DNA from: Candidatus Latescibacterota bacterium
GTDB taxonomy: Bacteria > Latescibacterota > CBDEFO01
Direction: 5' to 3'
NCBI GenBank assembly: GCA_965248755.1
Contig: OZ252149.1
Span: 2,528,001-2,592,000 of the forward strand
DNA: 64,000 bases
Below, piece by piece: positions 1-9,897 of this stretch. Each line of letters starts with the position of its first letter. The stretch's first letter is position 1. The notes under the pieces are model-generated. The model saw nothing but the letters and a program-made list of their open reading frames with translations, ran no database searches and was not told where the DNA came from. A program made the translations under genes and the position numbers.

Positions 1-1757
1 CTTTTGGAGGTGTGAGTCGCTATGATGGGGAGAGATGGACAACCTTCTCCACACCTGATGTCCTAGCAGACAACAGAGTCCATGCGATCTTGGAGGATAG
101 TGCGGGCAATCTGTGGTTTGGGACTTTTGGGGGCGGTGTGAGCCGCTATGATGGGGAGAAGTGGACGACCTTCTCCACACCTGATGGCCTGGCGGGCAAC
201 CGGGTCATGGTGATCTTTGAGGACAGGGAAGGCAATCTGTGGTTTGGAACTATATTTGGAGGCGTGAGCCGCTATGATGGGGAAAGGTGGACGACCTTCA
301 CTACAAAAGATGGTCTGGCACACAACCAGGTCGAGGCGATCATAGAGGATAGTGTAGGCAACCTGTGGTTTGGTACTGAAAGTGGAGGGGTAACCAGATA
401 CAAAGGTGACAGGACACCGCCCAACACATTTATCTTAGATGGTCCAGATGGAATGATCGGCGCCCCACAAGCTTTCTTCGAATATAGTGGCGGGGATAGG
501 TTTTCACCAGACGCGGATTTGCAATTTGCGTATGCCATCAAGAGCAATCGGGACAGGCCCAGTGAAGACGATTGGTCGATCTTTTCAGATATTAGCTCTA
601 CCCTCACAGATCGCTTCCCCAATGGGACCTACACTTTCTACGTACGGGGAAGGGACGAAGTGGGAAACATAGATCCCACTCCAGCCGGGAGAACGTTCAC
701 TGTGGATTTAACCCCGCCGATAGTGGCGATCAGTTCCCCATCGAGCAACGAAATTATTCATGGTAATGTAAACATCCGGGGCTCGGCCTTCGACAACTCC
801 GATATCCCCGACTTTGCGAGCTATACGTTGGAATACGGGAAAGGAGCAGATGAGGATAAGATATCAGAATGGCGCAGTATAAGGGATAGCGCCGTGAAGC
901 CTGTCGTAAATGACCTTTTAGGTGTGTGGGACACCGAAGGGATATTCGGCACCTATGTCCTCAGGCTTGGAGCTGTGGACGGCTTCGATCACAGGAGCAA
1001 GTATGCCATCACCGTCCACGTGGTTGCGGCAGCTGTTGAGGTAGATCGCAGTAGTGGAGGACATATCACCGATTCAGCGAGCAAGGTGGATCTCTACATC
1101 CCCCCCAACGGTATTCCCAAGAGCACGCAGGTGACGATCACTCCCGTTGCGCTTGAAGGTGTCGCAAAGCCCTCTGCTCTGAATTTGCGCCTTATTGGGT
1201 TGGCCTACGACATCGGTCCGAAGGATCTTGCAGTCCTGAAACCTGCAACCTTTACGATATTCCTCAATGAAGACGACATACAGGAGGTGCCAGATCTTGG
1301 GAAGTTGGCAATCTTCACCCGGTCATCTGCGGACAGTCCCTGGGAGAGAGTCGGCGGCACGGTCGATGAGAGGACGGGGAAGATGACAGTAGCCCTCATA
1401 CACTTTGGGAGATTTGCATTGATGGAGGACCTTTCTGTGGATGAGGGGAGTCTGTCCATTTCGGATGTGAACTGTCAGCCGAGGGTCTTCTCCCCAAAGG
1501 GCGGCGGCTACGACACCAAGACCACGATATCCTTTAATCTTGGAAGAAGGTCAGCGGTTACAGTGAAGGTCTACGATGTCTCAGGACGGTTCAAAAGAAA
1601 GTTGGTCGAGGACAGCGAAATGAATCGAGGGAGTAATGCGGTGGAATGGGAGGGGAGGGATCATGACGGGGAGGTAGTAGTAAGTGGACTCTACGTGGTG
1701 GCTGTGGAAGCTGATGGGAAGCTGGAGACTAAGACAGTTGGGGTGTTGAATAAGTGA
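1..1757 (+). CDS. Reg_prop beta-propeller protein with Ig/ZU5-like and FlgD-like C-terminal domains (5' end outside window)
   Basis: Repeats EDxxGNLWFGT..GVSRYDG..WTTF..DGL; C-terminus VKVYDVSGR..EWEGRD..G..V.SGLYVV; paralog of the next two ORFs. Confidence 0.85.
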   Translation, partial: FGGVSRYDGERWTTFSTPDVLADNRVHAILEDSAGNLWFGTFGGGVSRYDGEKWTTFSTPDGLAGNRVMVIFEDREGNLWFGTIFGGVSRYDGERWTTFTTKDGLAHNQVEAIIEDSVGNLWFGTESGGVTRYKGDRTPPNTFILDGPDGMIGAPQAFFEYSGGDRFSPDADLQFAYAIKSNRDRPSEDDWSIFSDISSTLTDRFPNGTYTFYVRGRDEVGNIDPTPAGRTFTVDLTPPIVAISSPSSNEIIHGNVNIRGSAFDNSDIPDFASYTLEYGKGADEDKISEWRSIRDSAVKPVVNDLLGVWDTEGIFGTYVLRLGAVDGFDHRSKYAITVHVVAAAVEVDRSSGGHITDSASKVDLYIPPNGIPKSTQVTITPVALEGVAKPSALNLRLIGLAYDIGPKDLAVLKPATFTIFLNEDDIQEVPDLGKLAIFTRSSADSPWERVGGTVDERTGKMTVALIHFGRFALMEDLSVDEGSLSISDVNCQPRVFSPKGGGYDTKTTISFNLGRRSAVTVKVYDVSGRFKRKLVEDSEMNRGSNAVEWEGRDHDGEVVVSGLYVVAVEADGKLETKTVGVLNK

Positions 1758-4700
1758 TTTCGGTACTGTGCATACTCAAGGAACGAGGTCACAGGCAGTT
1801 GCTTTGTCGTATAGCTCTAACGGCGGTCATCACCGTTGTCCTCTACGCCACACCTGCAAGGGCGGGAAAGTGGACGACCTACACCACAGCTGATGGCCTG
1901 CTAAGCAACTCGGTCGACGCGATCTTTGAGGATGGTGACGGCAACCTGTGGTTTGTAGGTGACTTGTTTGCAGGTGAAGAAAGAGGTGTGAGCCGCTATG
2001 ATGGGACTTGGACAACCTTCACCACAGCTGATGGCCTGGCGGACAACTTGCTCGGTTCGATCTTGGAGGACAGTGAGGGCAACCTGTGGTTTGGAAGCTT
2101 AAAGGGTGTGAGCCGCTATGATGAGACTTGGACAACCTTCACCACAGCTGATGGACTGGCTAACAACTCGGTCGGTTCGATCTTGGAGGACAGAGAGGGC
2201 AATCTATGGTTTCGGACTGAACGGGGTGTGAGCCGCTATGATGGGGAAAGGTGGACGACCTTCACCACAGCAGATGGCCTGGCGAGCAACTCGGTCAGGG
2301 CAATGTTGGAAGACAGTGAAGGCAACCTGTGGTTTGGAACTAGAGAAGGCGTGAGCCGCTATGATGGGGAGAGATGGACAACCTTCACCGCAACAGGTGG
2401 CCTGGCGCACAAGTCGGTCAGGGCGATGTTGGAAGACAGGGAGGGCAACCTGTGGTTTGGAACTAATGAGGGCGTGAGCCGCTATGATGAAACATGGACG
2501 ACCTACACTACATCAGATGGCCTGGCGGACAATTTGCTCGGTTCGATCTTGGAGGACAGTGAGGGCAACCTGTGGTTTCGAAGCTTAGAGGAGGGTGTGA
2601 GCCGCTATGATGGGGAAAGGTGGACGACCTTCACCACAGCAGATGGCCTGGCGAGCAACTCGGTCAGGGCAATGTTGGAAGACAGTGAAGGCAACCTGTG
2701 GTTTGGAACTAGAGAAGGCGTGAGCCGCTATGATGGGGAGAGATGGACAACCTTCACCGCAACAGATGTCCTGGCGCACAAGTCGGTCTGGAGAATGTTG
2801 GAAGACAGGGAGGGCAACTTGTGGTTTGGAACTAATGAGGGCGTGAGCCGCTATGATGAAACATGGACGACCTACACTACATCAGATGGCCTGGCAGACA
2901 AATCGGTCAATTCGATCTTGGGGGATAGAGAGGGCAATTTGTGGTTTGGTACTTTTGGAGGTGTGAGTAGCTATGATGGGGAGAGATGGACGACCTACAC
3001 CAGAAAAGATGGCCTGGCGGGTAACGTGGTTTTGACGATCTTGGAGGATAGTGCGGGTAACTTGTGGTTTGGAACTTTACAGGGTGTGGGTGTAAGCCGT
3101 TATGATGGGGAAAAGTGGACGACCTACAACACAGCTGATGGTCTGGCGAGTAACGCGGTCCTTTCGATCTTGGAGGATAGTGCGGGCAATCTGTGGTTTG
3201 GTACTTTTGCGTTCGGCGTAAGCCGTTATGATGGGAAAAAGTGGACGACCTACAACACAAAAGATGGCCTGGCGCATAACCAGGTCGGTTCGATCTTTGA
3301 GGATAGTGAGGGCAACCTGTGGTTTGGAACTAGAGGAGGCGTGAGCCGCTATGATGGGGAGAGATGGACAACCTTCTCCACAGCTGATGGCCTAGCACAC
3401 AACATTGTCTATACAATCTTTGAGGATAGAGAGGGCAACTTGTGGTTTGCAACTGGTGGTGGCGCGAGTCGCTATGATGGGGAAAGGTGGACGACTTACA
3501 CTACAGAAGATGGCCTGGCGAACAACATTGTCTTGACGATCTTGAAAGACAGTGAGGGCAACTTATGGTTTGGAACTGTGGGGGGTGTGAGTCGCTATGA
3601 TGGGGAAAGGTGGACGACCTACACTACAGAAGATGGCCTGGCGGACAACTATGTCAATGCGATTTTTGAGGACAGTGAGGGCAAGTTGTGGTTTGGAACT
3701 CTTGAAGGGGTAACCAGATACAGAGTTGACAGATCGCCGCCAAACACATTTATCTTCGATGGGCCAAAAGGAATAATCGGCATCCCACAGGCTTTCTTCC
3801 AATACAGTGGGGGGGATAGGTATTTGCCAGGGGCGGATGTGCAATATGCGTATGCCATCAAGAGCGATCGGAACAGACCTATAGAAGAGGATTGGTCAAG
3901 CTTTACACATCTCACCTCTACCCTTACAGATCCTCTTTCCAACGGCACCTACACATTCTACGTACGGGCAAGTGACAAAGCGGGAAACTTCGATATTAGC
4001 CCCGCTAAAAAGACTTTCACCGTGGATTTAACAGCCCCGACGGTGCTGATTACTTCTCCATCGAACGACGAGATCATTCATGGAGAGATGAGCATCAAGG
4101 GCTCGGCCTTCGACAACTCTGATAAACCCGACTTTGGTAGCTATACGTTGGAATACGGGAAGGGGACAGATGAGGACAAGATATCAGAATGGCGCAGTAT
4201 AAGGGATAGCGCCGTGAAGCCTGTAATAAACGACCTTTTAGGTGTGTGGGACACCGAAGTGCTATTCGGCACCTATGTTCTCCGGCTGAGAGCTGTGGAC
4301 GGCTTCGATCACAGGAGCAAGTATGCCATCACCGTCCACGTGGTTGCGGCAGCCGTTGAGGTAGATCACAGTAGTGGAGGACATATCACCGATTCTGCGA
4401 GCAAGGTGGATCTCTACATTCCCCCCAACGGTATTCCCAAGAGCACGCAGGTGACGATCACTCCCGTTGCGCTTGAAGGTGTCGCGAAGCCCTCTGCTCT
4501 GAATTTGCGCCTTATTGGGATGGCATACGACATCGGTCCGAAGGATCTTGCGGTCCTGAAACCTGCAACCTTTACGATATTCCTCAATGAAAACGACATA
4601 CAGGACGTGCCAGATCTTGGGAAGTTGGCAATCTTTACCCGGTCACCAGCGGACAGTCCTTGGGAGAGAGTCGGCGGCACGGTGGATGAGAGGACGGGGA

Positions 4701-5077
4701 AGATCACAGTCGCCCTCACACACTTTGGGAGATTTGCAGTGATGGAGGACCTTTCTGCGGATGAGGGGAGTCTGTCCATTTCGGATGTAAACTGTCAGCC
4801 GAGGGTCTTTTCTCCAAAGGGCGGCGGCTACGACACCAAGACCACGATATCCTTTAATCTTGGAAGAAGGTCAGCGGTTACAGTGAAGGTTTACGATGTC
4901 TCAGGACGGTTCAAAAGAAAGTTGGTCGAGGACAGCGAAATGAATCGAGGGAGCAATGCGGTGGAATGGGAGGGGAGGGATCATGACGGGGAGGTAGTAG
5001 TAAGTGGACTCTACGTGGTGGCTGTGGAAGCTGATGGGAAGGCGGAAACCAAGACAGTGGGGGTATTGAATAAGTGA
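1754..5077 (+). CDS. Secreted Reg_prop beta-propeller protein with Ig/ZU5-like and FlgD-like C-terminal domains
   Basis: 1107 aa; signal peptide ending in ARA; ~15 propeller repeats; GTGA overlap with the upstream gene. Confidence 0.85.
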   Translation: MISVLCILKERGHRQLLCRIALTAVITVVLYATPARAGKWTTYTTADGLLSNSVDAIFEDGDGNLWFVGDLFAGEERGVSRYDGTWTTFTTADGLADNLLGSILEDSEGNLWFGSLKGVSRYDETWTTFTTADGLANNSVGSILEDREGNLWFRTERGVSRYDGERWTTFTTADGLASNSVRAMLEDSEGNLWFGTREGVSRYDGERWTTFTATGGLAHKSVRAMLEDREGNLWFGTNEGVSRYDETWTTYTTSDGLADNLLGSILEDSEGNLWFRSLEEGVSRYDGERWTTFTTADGLASNSVRAMLEDSEGNLWFGTREGVSRYDGERWTTFTATDVLAHKSVWRMLEDREGNLWFGTNEGVSRYDETWTTYTTSDGLADKSVNSILGDREGNLWFGTFGGVSSYDGERWTTYTRKDGLAGNVVLTILEDSAGNLWFGTLQGVGVSRYDGEKWTTYNTADGLASNAVLSILEDSAGNLWFGTFAFGVSRYDGKKWTTYNTKDGLAHNQVGSIFEDSEGNLWFGTRGGVSRYDGERWTTFSTADGLAHNIVYTIFEDREGNLWFATGGGASRYDGERWTTYTTEDGLANNIVLTILKDSEGNLWFGTVGGVSRYDGERWTTYTTEDGLADNYVNAIFEDSEGKLWFGTLEGVTRYRVDRSPPNTFIFDGPKGIIGIPQAFFQYSGGDRYLPGADVQYAYAIKSDRNRPIEEDWSSFTHLTSTLTDPLSNGTYTFYVRASDKAGNFDISPAKKTFTVDLTAPTVLITSPSNDEIIHGEMSIKGSAFDNSDKPDFGSYTLEYGKGTDEDKISEWRSIRDSAVKPVINDLLGVWDTEVLFGTYVLRLRAVDGFDHRSKYAITVHVVAAAVEVDHSSGGHITDSASKVDLYIPPNGIPKSTQVTITPVALEGVAKPSALNLRLIGMAYDIGPKDLAVLKPATFTIFLNENDIQDVPDLGKLAIFTRSPADSPWERVGGTVDERTGKITVALTHFGRFAVMEDLSADEGSLSISDVNCQPRVFSPKGGGYDTKTTISFNLGRRSAVTVKVYDVSGRFKRKLVEDSEMNRGSNAVEWEGRDHDGEVVVSGLYVVAVEADGKAETKTVGVLNK

Positions 5078-8000
5078 TTTCGGAATTGTGCATACTTAAG
5101 GAACGAGGTCACAGGCAGTTGCTTTCTCGAATATCTCTAACTGCGGTCATAGCTATTCTCCTCTACGCCACACCGGCAAGGGCGCAAAGGTGGACGACCT
5201 ACACCACAGCAGATGGTCTGGCGGGAAATTCAGTCAGGACGATCTTGGAGGATAGTGATAGCAACCTTTGGTTTGGGACTTCAAAGGGAGGCGTGAGTCG
5301 GTATGACGGGACGTGGACTACCTTCACCACAGCAGATGGGCTGACGAATAACTCGGTCAATGCAATCTTGGAGGATAGCGACAGCAACCTTTGGTTTGGA
5401 ACCGATATGGGGGTGAGCCGATATGATGGGTCGTGGACAACTTTCACCACGGAAGATGGTCTGGCGGGAAATTCAGTCAGGGCGATCTTGGAGGATACTG
5501 AGGGAAACCTGTGGTTTGGAACTGGTACGGGCGCGAGCCGCTATGATGGAGAAAGGTGGACAACTTACACTACATCAGATGGACTGACAAATGACCTGGT
5601 CCATTCGATCTTGGAGGATACTAAGGGCAGCCTATGGTTTGCAACTAATGGAGGTGTAAGCCGCTTTGATGGGACGTGGACGACCTTTACGGTGACAGAT
5701 GGTCTGGCGGACAATGCGGTCTATTCGATCTTGGAGGATACTAAGGGCAACCTGTGGTTCGGAACTAACGGAGGTGCAAGCCGCTTTGATGGGACGTGGA
5801 CGACCTTTACGGTGACCGATGGTCTGGCGGACAATGCGGTCACCGCAATCTTGGAAGATAGCGAGGGCAATTTGTGGTTTGGAACTGAGGGTGGTGCAAG
5901 CCACTATGATGGGTACAGGTGGAAGACCTACCGCACATCAGATGGCCTGGCAAACAACTTGGTCTTAACGATCTTGGGGGACAGCGAGGGCAAGTTGTGG
6001 TTTGGAACTGGTGGGGGAGGCGTGAGCCGTTACAATGGGACGTGGACAACCTACACCACAGCAGATGGCTTGGTGGACAATGGCGTCAGTGCGATTTTGG
6101 AGGATAGTGGGGGTAACTTGTGGTTTGGAACCGGTACCGGCGTGAGCCGTTATGACGGAGCAAGATGGACGACCTACACCGCCGAAGATGGCCTGGCGGA
6201 CGATGAAGTCAATGCGATCTTGGAGGATAGTGACGGCAACCTGTGGTTTGGAACCGGAGGAGGGGTAAGTCGCTTTGATGGGACATGGACGACCTATACC
6301 GTGACCGATGGGCTGGCTAACGACATGGTCTTTACCATTTTGGGGGGCAGTGAGGGCAATCTGTGGTTTGGCACTGAGGGGGGCGTAAGTCGCTATGATG
6401 GGACATGGACGACCTATACTGCGACAGATGGTCTGGCGGACAACGTGGTCAATGCGATCTGGGAGGACAGTGAGAGCAACCTGTGGTTCGGAACTGTGTC
6501 TGGCGTGAGCCGCTATGACGGAGAGCGATGGACAACCTTCACCACAGCAGATGGCCTGGCGGACAATGCAGTCAATGCAATTTTGGAGGACAGTGCAGGC
6601 AACCTGTGGTTTGGAACCGGAGGAGGTGTAAGCCGCTTTGATGGGACATGGACGACCTATACCGTGACCGATGGGCTGGCACATAATGCGGTCAATGGCA
6701 TCTTGGAGGATAGTAAAGGCAACCTGTGGTTTTTGAATGGACTTGCCGACAGAGGTGCAACACGATATGGAGGGGACAGGATACCTCCAAACACTTTGAT
6801 CGTAGATGGACCAGAAGGAATAATCGGCACCCCACAGGCTTTCTTCCAATATAGCGGTGGGGACAGGTTTTCCCCAGAGACAGATGTACAATATGCTTAT
6901 GCCATCAAGAGTAATCGGGACAGGCCTACTGAAGGCGATTGGTCAGACCTTTCACATTTTACCTCCCACCTTACAGATCCCTTCCCAAGCGGAACCTACA
7001 CATTCTATGTAAGGTCGGCGGACAAAGCGGGAAACATCGATCCTACTCCAGCCAAAAGTACCTTCACTGTGGATTTGACCCCACCGATGGTGATGATAAA
7101 TTCTCCATCCAATGACGAGATCATTCATGGGCAGGTAAACATCTTGGGCTCGGCTTTCGACAACTCCGATATTCCCGATTTTGAAAGCTATGCGTTGGAA
7201 TACGGGAGTGGGTCGGATGAAAACAAGATCCTAGAATGGCGGACTATTAGGGAAGCTATGGAGCCTGTAAGGAGCCTTTTGGGCGTGTGGGACACCGAAG
7301 GGATATTCGGCACCTATGTCCTCAGGCTCAGAGCTGTGGACGGCTTCGATCATCGGAGCAAGGACGTTATTACCGTCCACGTCGTTGCGGCAGCCGAGGT
7401 CGTGGATCCCCGTCGTGGGGGGCATATTACTGATGCGGTAAGCAAGGTGAACCTCTACATCCCCCCCAACGGTATTTCCAAAAGCACCCAGGTGACGATT
7501 ACTCCCGTTGCGATTGAGAGTATGACGAATCTGTCTGCTCCGAACGTACAGCTTATTGGGATGGCCTATGACATCGGTCCGCAGGGTCTTGAACTCTTGA
7601 AGCCCTCAACCTTTACGATGTCCCTTTCCCCGATAGAATCAATCGGGGAGCAGGATAACATAGGGGAGTTGCCAGATCTCGGGAAATTGGCAATCTTTAC
7701 CCGGTCATCTGAGGACAGTCCATGGGAGAGGGTCGGCGGCACAGTCCTCCCCGATAGAATCAATCGGGGAGCAATCGGGGATCAGGGGGCGAGGAAGATC
7801 ACAGTCGCCCTCACACACTTTGGGAGATTTGCATTGATGGAGGATCTTTCTGATAAACAGGGGAGTCTTTCCATTTCGGATGTGAACTGCCAGCCGAGGG
7901 TCTTTTCTCCAAAGGGAGGCGGATACGACACCAAGACCACGGTATCCTTTCATCTTGGAAGAAGGTCTGCGGTTACAGTGAAGGTCTACGATGTTTCTGG

Positions 8001-8172
8001 ACGATTCAAGAGAAAGCTGGTCGAGGACAGGGAAATGAATCGAGGTAGCAATGCTGTCGAGTGGGACGGGAAGGATCATGAGGCAGATGTAGTGGTAAGT
8101 GGACTCTATGTGGTGGCTGTGGAGGCTGATGGGAAGGTGGAGACTAAGACAGTGGGGGTGTTGAATAAGTGA
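5074..8172 (+). CDS. Secreted Reg_prop beta-propeller protein, third paralog
   Basis: 1032 aa; same architecture; carries two in-frame palindromic insertions. Confidence 0.85.
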   Translation: MISELCILKERGHRQLLSRISLTAVIAILLYATPARAQRWTTYTTADGLAGNSVRTILEDSDSNLWFGTSKGGVSRYDGTWTTFTTADGLTNNSVNAILEDSDSNLWFGTDMGVSRYDGSWTTFTTEDGLAGNSVRAILEDTEGNLWFGTGTGASRYDGERWTTYTTSDGLTNDLVHSILEDTKGSLWFATNGGVSRFDGTWTTFTVTDGLADNAVYSILEDTKGNLWFGTNGGASRFDGTWTTFTVTDGLADNAVTAILEDSEGNLWFGTEGGASHYDGYRWKTYRTSDGLANNLVLTILGDSEGKLWFGTGGGGVSRYNGTWTTYTTADGLVDNGVSAILEDSGGNLWFGTGTGVSRYDGARWTTYTAEDGLADDEVNAILEDSDGNLWFGTGGGVSRFDGTWTTYTVTDGLANDMVFTILGGSEGNLWFGTEGGVSRYDGTWTTYTATDGLADNVVNAIWEDSESNLWFGTVSGVSRYDGERWTTFTTADGLADNAVNAILEDSAGNLWFGTGGGVSRFDGTWTTYTVTDGLAHNAVNGILEDSKGNLWFLNGLADRGATRYGGDRIPPNTLIVDGPEGIIGTPQAFFQYSGGDRFSPETDVQYAYAIKSNRDRPTEGDWSDLSHFTSHLTDPFPSGTYTFYVRSADKAGNIDPTPAKSTFTVDLTPPMVMINSPSNDEIIHGQVNILGSAFDNSDIPDFESYALEYGSGSDENKILEWRTIREAMEPVRSLLGVWDTEGIFGTYVLRLRAVDGFDHRSKDVITVHVVAAAEVVDPRRGGHITDAVSKVNLYIPPNGISKSTQVTITPVAIESMTNLSAPNVQLIGMAYDIGPQGLELLKPSTFTMSLSPIESIGEQDNIGELPDLGKLAIFTRSSEDSPWERVGGTVLPDRINRGAIGDQGARKITVALTHFGRFALMEDLSDKQGSLSISDVNCQPRVFSPKGGGYDTKTTVSFHLGRRSAVTVKVYDVSGRFKRKLVEDREMNRGSNAVEWDGKDHEADVVVSGLYVVAVEADGKVETKTVGVLNK
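7627..7649. repeat. Mini-palindrome TCCCCGATAGAATCAATCGGGGA, in-frame in CDS
   Basis: 8-bp stem; absent from the two paralogs (7 extra aa). Confidence 0.9.
7747..7781. repeat. Mini-palindrome CTCCCCGATAGAATCAATCGGGGAG plus extra half-arm, in-frame in CDS
   Basis: Core identical to the 7627 copy; 11 extra aa (LPDRINRGAIG) relative to paralogs. Confidence 0.9.
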
Positions 8173-8194
8173 TTTCATTTCAGGTCATTCTTGT

Positions 8195-8899
8195 TTAGTA
8201 GATCACCTCCTCCTCCTCGGTCCTGGCCATTTTCCCCTCGGAAAGCAATATGACCTCCCGGCTTAATGAACGTGCCTGAGAGGAGTCGTGTGTTGTGAAA
8301 ATGACGGTGGTCTTCTCCTGCTCGTTTATATCTCTCATGAGTTCCTCTATTATATGGACGTTCTTGCTGTCTACGTTGGCGGTCGGCTCATCTAAGAACA
8401 ACACCTGAGGGCGCACACAGATGGCCCTTGCGATAGCCGCCCTCTGTATCTCTCCTCCAGAAAGAGTTTGAGCCGCCCTCTTTTCAAAGCCTGAAAGCCC
8501 TACCATCGCAAGACACTTTGATACTCTCTCCTCTATGACATCTCCTGGAGTCTTGCGCACCTTCAATCCGTACGCTGCATTCTTGAACAGGGTCCCCCGA
8601 AACAGAAAGGGATTTTGCGCCACCAGCGTCATCAGGTTCCTGTATTCTGTCAGCTTCCCGTGGGATTTGTAAACATCCTGCGACTCAAAAAGTATCTTCC
8701 CTTTAGTAGGTCGAAGGAGTAGACTCAGAATATTCAGGAATGTCGTCTTCCCTGACCCGTTGGGTCCCACAATGGCATATATCCCTCCTCTTTCGAACGA
8801 GAGATACGGAATATAGAGCCTGAACCCCGGTGGATATGCCTTTTCAAGCTCCTGAAGCTCGATTATCCCGTTCTGGACTCCTTTAGAAGTGGACGCCAC
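8195..8899 (-). CDS. tupC: Tungstate ABC transporter ATP-binding subunit
   Basis: Walker A GPNGSGKT, LSGGE, LDEPT; start moved to GTG 8899 because the longer ORF runs through REPs. Confidence 0.8.
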   Translation of the reverse strand: MASTSKGVQNGIIELQELEKAYPPGFRLYIPYLSFERGGIYAIVGPNGSGKTTFLNILSLLLRPTKGKILFESQDVYKSHGKLTEYRNLMTLVAQNPFLFRGTLFKNAAYGLKVRKTPGDVIEERVSKCLAMVGLSGFEKRAAQTLSGGEIQRAAIARAICVRPQVLFLDEPTANVDSKNVHIIEELMRDINEQEKTTVIFTTHDSSQARSLSREVILLSEGKMARTEEEEVIY

Positions 8900-8913
8900 C
8901 TTTTCTATCCTAA

Positions 8914-9069
8914 TGTAGGGGCGAACCCATGTGTTCGCCCAATAGAGACAAGGTATCCTGCAAAATAAATGTAAGGCCAAGGTTACCCTGCCCTTGGGGC
9001 AAGGAGACCTCGCCCCTACAAATAGGGGTCACCCCACGGATCAGGGCAGACACGCGGGTCTGCCCCTAC
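8914..9069. repeat. Cluster of GTAG-type REP palindromes
   Basis: GTAGGGGCGAACCCATGTGTTCGCCC, GGGCAAGGAGACCTCGCCCCTAC and GGGCAGACACGCGGGTCTGCCCCTAC in opposing orientations. Confidence 0.8.
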
Positions 9070-9083
9070 AACTGTCTACTTCT

Positions 9084-9775
9084 CTACGTCCCTTTGGACT
9101 GATAGTAGTGGAAAAGAATATTTAGGGAGAAAGCCACAAAAAGGAGGACTATCCCCAGAGCTATTCCGATCCGAACTCGCCCTTGCTGGTCTCTAATGCT
9201 ATTGCCGTAGTCATAGTCCTTGTACTTCCCCTGATATTCCCGCCAAGCATCATAGCCGAACCGACCTCCGCGATCACCCTCCCGAATCCTGCTACAACCG
9301 CCGCTATGATGGAGAACTTAGCCTCACTGAGGACAGCCAGTGTCGCTTGAAACTCGCTCGCTCCCAAAGTTAGAGCCGTAGGCCTTACCCTTTTGTCTAT
9401 TCCCTGCGCCGCAGATAGAGAAAGAGCAGTTATTATGGGCGTCGCTAAGATGAACCCCCCGATCACTATAGCTGTGGGAGTATATAAGAGTCCAAGAGAT
9501 CCGAGCGGCCCCCTTCGGGAGATCATCGCATAGATAGATAGCCCAATAACCACTGTCGGGAGCGCCATGAGCGTGTTAAGGACCGTTACGACGGCGCGCT
9601 TCCCCCAAAAATTCCTTACTCCGATGACCAAACCCAGTGGCACGCCCACAACACAGGCAAGAAGAGTGGCAGCAGACGATACCTTCAAAGAGACAAGAAC
9701 AACATCGAACGTGGCCCCATCCAGCGATAAGATGAGCCAAAGGGCGCGCCGAATACCTTCAAATATATAATCCAA
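9084..9775 (-). CDS. tupB: Tungstate ABC transporter permease (1-bp frameshift near 9170)
   Basis: LMALPTVVIGL, GFGRVIAEVG..MMLGGNI..TRTMTTAIALETSKG; last helix GIALGIVLLFVAFSLN lies in a shifted frame ending at 9084. Confidence 0.8.
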
Positions 9776-9897
9776 TCTTTGTCTCCAGTGTCATCCATGA
9801 AGCGAAGCTTAGCCACAAAGACACAAAACCTCAAACCTTAATATGTTTGTACCTTGTCCCCGATTGGAACTATCACGATTTGGTGGCTGAAGCGCCT

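Noticed and set aside
1..6770. Regular ~120-126 nt repeats as a CRISPR-like array
   Set aside because: They are protein-coding propeller repeats with codon-position variation, no unique spacers and no cas genes.
5965..6891. 308-aa antisense ORF and the many other short overlapping ORFs
   Set aside because: Shadow frames of real genes with no family motifs.
8900..8980. Extended tupC N-terminus in the ORF track
   Set aside because: It translates REP sequence (WANTWVRPY); a downstream GTG is more plausible.
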